DNA of 64,000 nt. It comes from Promethearchaeota archaeon (GTDB taxonomy: Archaea; Asgardarchaeota; Lokiarchaeia; Sigyniarchaeales; SOKP01). Below are positions 61,544 to 64,000 of this stretch, in pieces. The stretch spans positions 1 through 64,000 of the forward strand of contig JBHLMP010000002.1 in the NCBI GenBank assembly GCA_048938025.1. Reading direction: 5' to 3'. Numbering within the stretch: position 1 is the first letter of the stretch; every line of letters starts with the position of its first letter. Under the pieces are notes generated by a model that did no database searches, was not told the DNA's origin, and saw nothing but the letters and a program-made list of their open reading frames with translations. The position numbers were made by a program, and so were the translations under genes.

Positions 61544-62884
61544 TTGAAAATCAATATAACTCAAGAAGAAATAATTGAAAGAAGTAAAAGTACGCCGAGG
61601 AAGTACTTAACATTTGCCCTACCTAATTTATCAACGTCATTAGTTATGGGATTTGCAGACTTTGCGCTTTTTACCCTTTATGCAAGAGCATATGAACTTA
61701 ACACTGTTCTGGTCGGTATTGCTTTAGCTCTTGGAAAGCTCGCTGTAGCTTCTTCCCAGTTTTTCTTTGGATGGTTAAGTGATTCTAAATATACCAAATG
61801 GGGAAGAAGAAAACCATATTTAGTGATTCTAAGTCCAATTTTAACTATCTCATTCCTATTACTATTATTACCAATTCTAGTAATTGATTATACTAATACA
61901 ACAGCTCTATTTAGTTGGTTATTAATTTGGAACATCATATTTAATCTTAGTTATGGAATTACTTCTCCATATCTTTCATGGATGGCGGAACAATTTACAG
62001 TTGAAGATCGTCCTAAAGCATCTCAATATCTAAGTATTATTGGCTTTATTGGTACGGCTGTAATGTCAGTTTTTTCATTACTTGTTTTGACAGATTTTGA
62101 TGATAAATTGAAAGCGAATCCAGATACCATCCCAGCAGAGTTTTTATATAGTGTGATTATCTTTTCTGTTCTGCCTTTAATATTATTTTACTTAACAACC
62201 TTTTTAATACAAATAGAGCCTCATTTTAAAATAAAATCAAAGATGATCCAAAATTTAAAAATTATTTTAAAGAATAGGAATTTCTTGCTAGTTACAATTA
62301 TGCAGGGTATATGTTCTGTCGCATTTATAATGATAGGTCAAACCATGTTATTATTTACTGAAAAAGTCTTAAAATTAAAGGATATGGATTATTATATAGT
62401 AGCAGGTTTAATGGTTATTGGTATTATTACAGCTATCTATCTCTGGAGAAAACTAATAGAGCATTTTGGTAAAAAAAAAACTCTCTTATACGTTTTTCTA
62501 TCAGCAATTATTTTCCTTCCAACGACTTTAATAGGGGCGATTCCAATGGATTCTTATCTAATTTTTGGGATTATTTTTATTCTTGGAATAGCAGCATGTT
62601 TAGGAGGATGGTTTCTCTTTCCTAATATTATGTATGCTGACATTGCTGAAGATGATGAAAAAGAAACAGGAGAACTGAGAGCAGGGATATATATGGGATT
62701 TCCAAGTATAACTCTTAATATTTTTCAAGCAATTGGGTTACTTTTATTAGGCTTTATATTGGATTTGCCAAAAGGCTTAGGCTTTCTGATCTGGGGGCCC
62801 ATTTGCTCAATTATTCTAATTATAGCTTATCTCTATACTGAACGGTTTATAAAAATTGATTTTGATTGGGAAAAACATAAATAA
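61544..62884 (+). CDS. MFS transporter, glycoside-pentoside-hexuronide (MelB-like) family
   Basis: GWLSD..TKWGRRKPY, ADIAEDDE..TGELRAGIY; about 12 TM segments. Confidence 0.9.
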   Translation: MKINITQEEIIERSKSTPRKYLTFALPNLSTSLVMGFADFALFTLYARAYELNTVLVGIALALGKLAVASSQFFFGWLSDSKYTKWGRRKPYLVILSPILTISFLLLLLPILVIDYTNTTALFSWLLIWNIIFNLSYGITSPYLSWMAEQFTVEDRPKASQYLSIIGFIGTAVMSVFSLLVLTDFDDKLKANPDTIPAEFLYSVIIFSVLPLILFYLTTFLIQIEPHFKIKSKMIQNLKIILKNRNFLLVTIMQGICSVAFIMIGQTMLLFTEKVLKLKDMDYYIVAGLMVIGIITAIYLWRKLIEHFGKKKTLLYVFLSAIIFLPTTLIGAIPMDSYLIFGIIFILGIAACLGGWFLFPNIMYADIAEDDEKETGELRAGIYMGFPSITLNIFQAIGLLLLGFILDLPKGLGFLIWGPICSIILIIAYLYTERFIKIDFDWEKHK

Positions 62885-62941
62885 AAATTTATGCAACCTT
62901 CCTTTTTTTTTATATAATTAATTTTCAAAGGTTGATATAAA

Positions 62942-63796
62942 TTGGAATGTGAACTTAAGCGAATTAAAATTTACTATGAAATATACGGCGAAGGACATCC
63001 AATTCTTATGATTCATGGTTTTATGCCTGATCATCGGTTAATGAAAGGATGCATGGAACCCATTTTTAAAGATAGACCAAACTATAAACGTATTTATTTT
63101 GATTTACCAGGAATGGGAAAAACTAAAAGTAAACAATGGATAAAAAATTCTGATCAAATATTCGAACTAGTCTTAGAATTTATAGACAAGATAATTCCAA
63201 ATCAATCGTTTATAATTGCTAGTGAATCATATGGATGTTATTTAGCACGTGGGCTTATCTACAAAAGAATGAAATTTATCGATGGAGTATTATTTTTATG
63301 TCCTCTTATAATACCTCAACCCTCAAAGCGTTCTCTACCAGAACCTATAACTCTGAAAGAAGATAGAAAACTTCTTTCAAAATTAAGTTCTCAAGACAGG
63401 GAAGAGTTTAAAGGTACGGCAGTAGTCCAAAATCAAAGAATTTGGGAAAGGTTTAAGGAGGAAGTTTTAAATGGTATTAGGATTGCAGATGATGAATTTT
63501 TAAACGAGATATTTGAAAAAGGTTATGCATTTTCTTTTGATGTTGATAAGTTAATTTTGAGATTCGATAAACCTACATTATTTCTACTAGGAAGACAAGA
63601 TATTAGTGTGGGTTATAGAGACGCATGGAACACCATTGAACAATACCCTCGAGCTACTTTTGCCATCTTAGATGAAGCAGGACATATTCTTGAAATTGAA
63701 AAAGAAATACTATTTAATTATTTAGTTAATGAGTGGTTAGATCGGGTTGAATATTATATTTCTTCAGAAATACAACAAAATAAAGATAGAAAATAA
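62942..63796 (+). CDS. Alpha/beta fold hydrolase
   Basis: IHGF, DLPGMG, SESYG nucleophile elbow, GRQD, AGH. Confidence 0.9.
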   Translation: MECELKRIKIYYEIYGEGHPILMIHGFMPDHRLMKGCMEPIFKDRPNYKRIYFDLPGMGKTKSKQWIKNSDQIFELVLEFIDKIIPNQSFIIASESYGCYLARGLIYKRMKFIDGVLFLCPLIIPQPSKRSLPEPITLKEDRKLLSKLSSQDREEFKGTAVVQNQRIWERFKEEVLNGIRIADDEFLNEIFEKGYAFSFDVDKLILRFDKPTLFLLGRQDISVGYRDAWNTIEQYPRATFAILDEAGHILEIEKEILFNYLVNEWLDRVEYYISSEIQQNKDRK

Positions 63797-63830
63797 AAAT
63801 AAGAATTTTGTTTTTGATCTTTTAATCAAA

Positions 63831-63998
63831 TTATTTCTTCTTTATAATGATGTAAATTAGACACACTATAGCTAGAGTAGTTGTCCCTATTAAGAAAGTA
63901 AAGCTGAAACCAGGAATAGCCGATTCTTTGGAGGGAAATTTATGCTCCGCTTCTGTTTCATAAATTACACTACTTTCATTATTCTGTAATTTATAACC
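63831..63998 (-). CDS. C-terminal end of a surface protein with a PGF/Loki-CTERM-type sorting tail (partial)
   Basis: ...KESAIPGFSFTFLIGTTTLAIVCLIYIIIKKK*; frame open to the window edge. Confidence 0.75.
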   Translation of the reverse strand, partial: GYKLQNNESSVIYETEAEHKFPSKESAIPGFSFTFLIGTTTLAIVCLIYIIIKKK

Positions 63999-64000
63999 AA

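Noticed and set aside
1-64000. Selenoproteins/SECIS, CRISPR arrays, tRNA/rRNA, transposases, recombinases
   Set aside because: By eye I saw no in-frame TGA interrupting a conserved domain, no spaced direct repeats, no GC-rich structural RNA and no mobile-element ORFs. A covariance-model scan was not possible.

Overview
AT-rich, gene-dense archaeal sequence, most likely from a Lokiarchaeia (Asgard) genome. Signs of this are a Rab-like GTPase, HEAT/LRR proteins, a C-terminal IPGF+TM+KKK sorting tail, split GMP synthase and GGTGA ribosome-binding sites. The window holds glnA/nadE, a heterodimeric ABC exporter, a ~10.5-kb phosphate-homeostasis island, carAB, two divergent cytoplasmic DmsAB-like molybdoenzyme operons, many acyl-CoA/lipid catabolism genes, pyrG, an abfD-like gene, a GH5 glycolipid hydrolase and sugar genes. 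The phosphate island comprises a non-Pst ABC importer, three DUF47 proteins, Pit and an AbrB-PhoU regulator. Three observations stand out. (1) The two head-to-head molybdoenzyme genes share two nested, symmetric, 100% identical in-frame tracts (163 bp and 53 bp) in inverted orientation, a layout that could shuffle enzyme modules by DNA inversion. (2) The phosphate island uses an unusual binding protein and carries a recurring TATATATTCTATATAG-like upstream motif. (3) Several genes appear to need ATT/ATC start codons. I found no rRNA, tRNA, CRISPR array or transposase. All family assignments come from motif recognition, not database searches.
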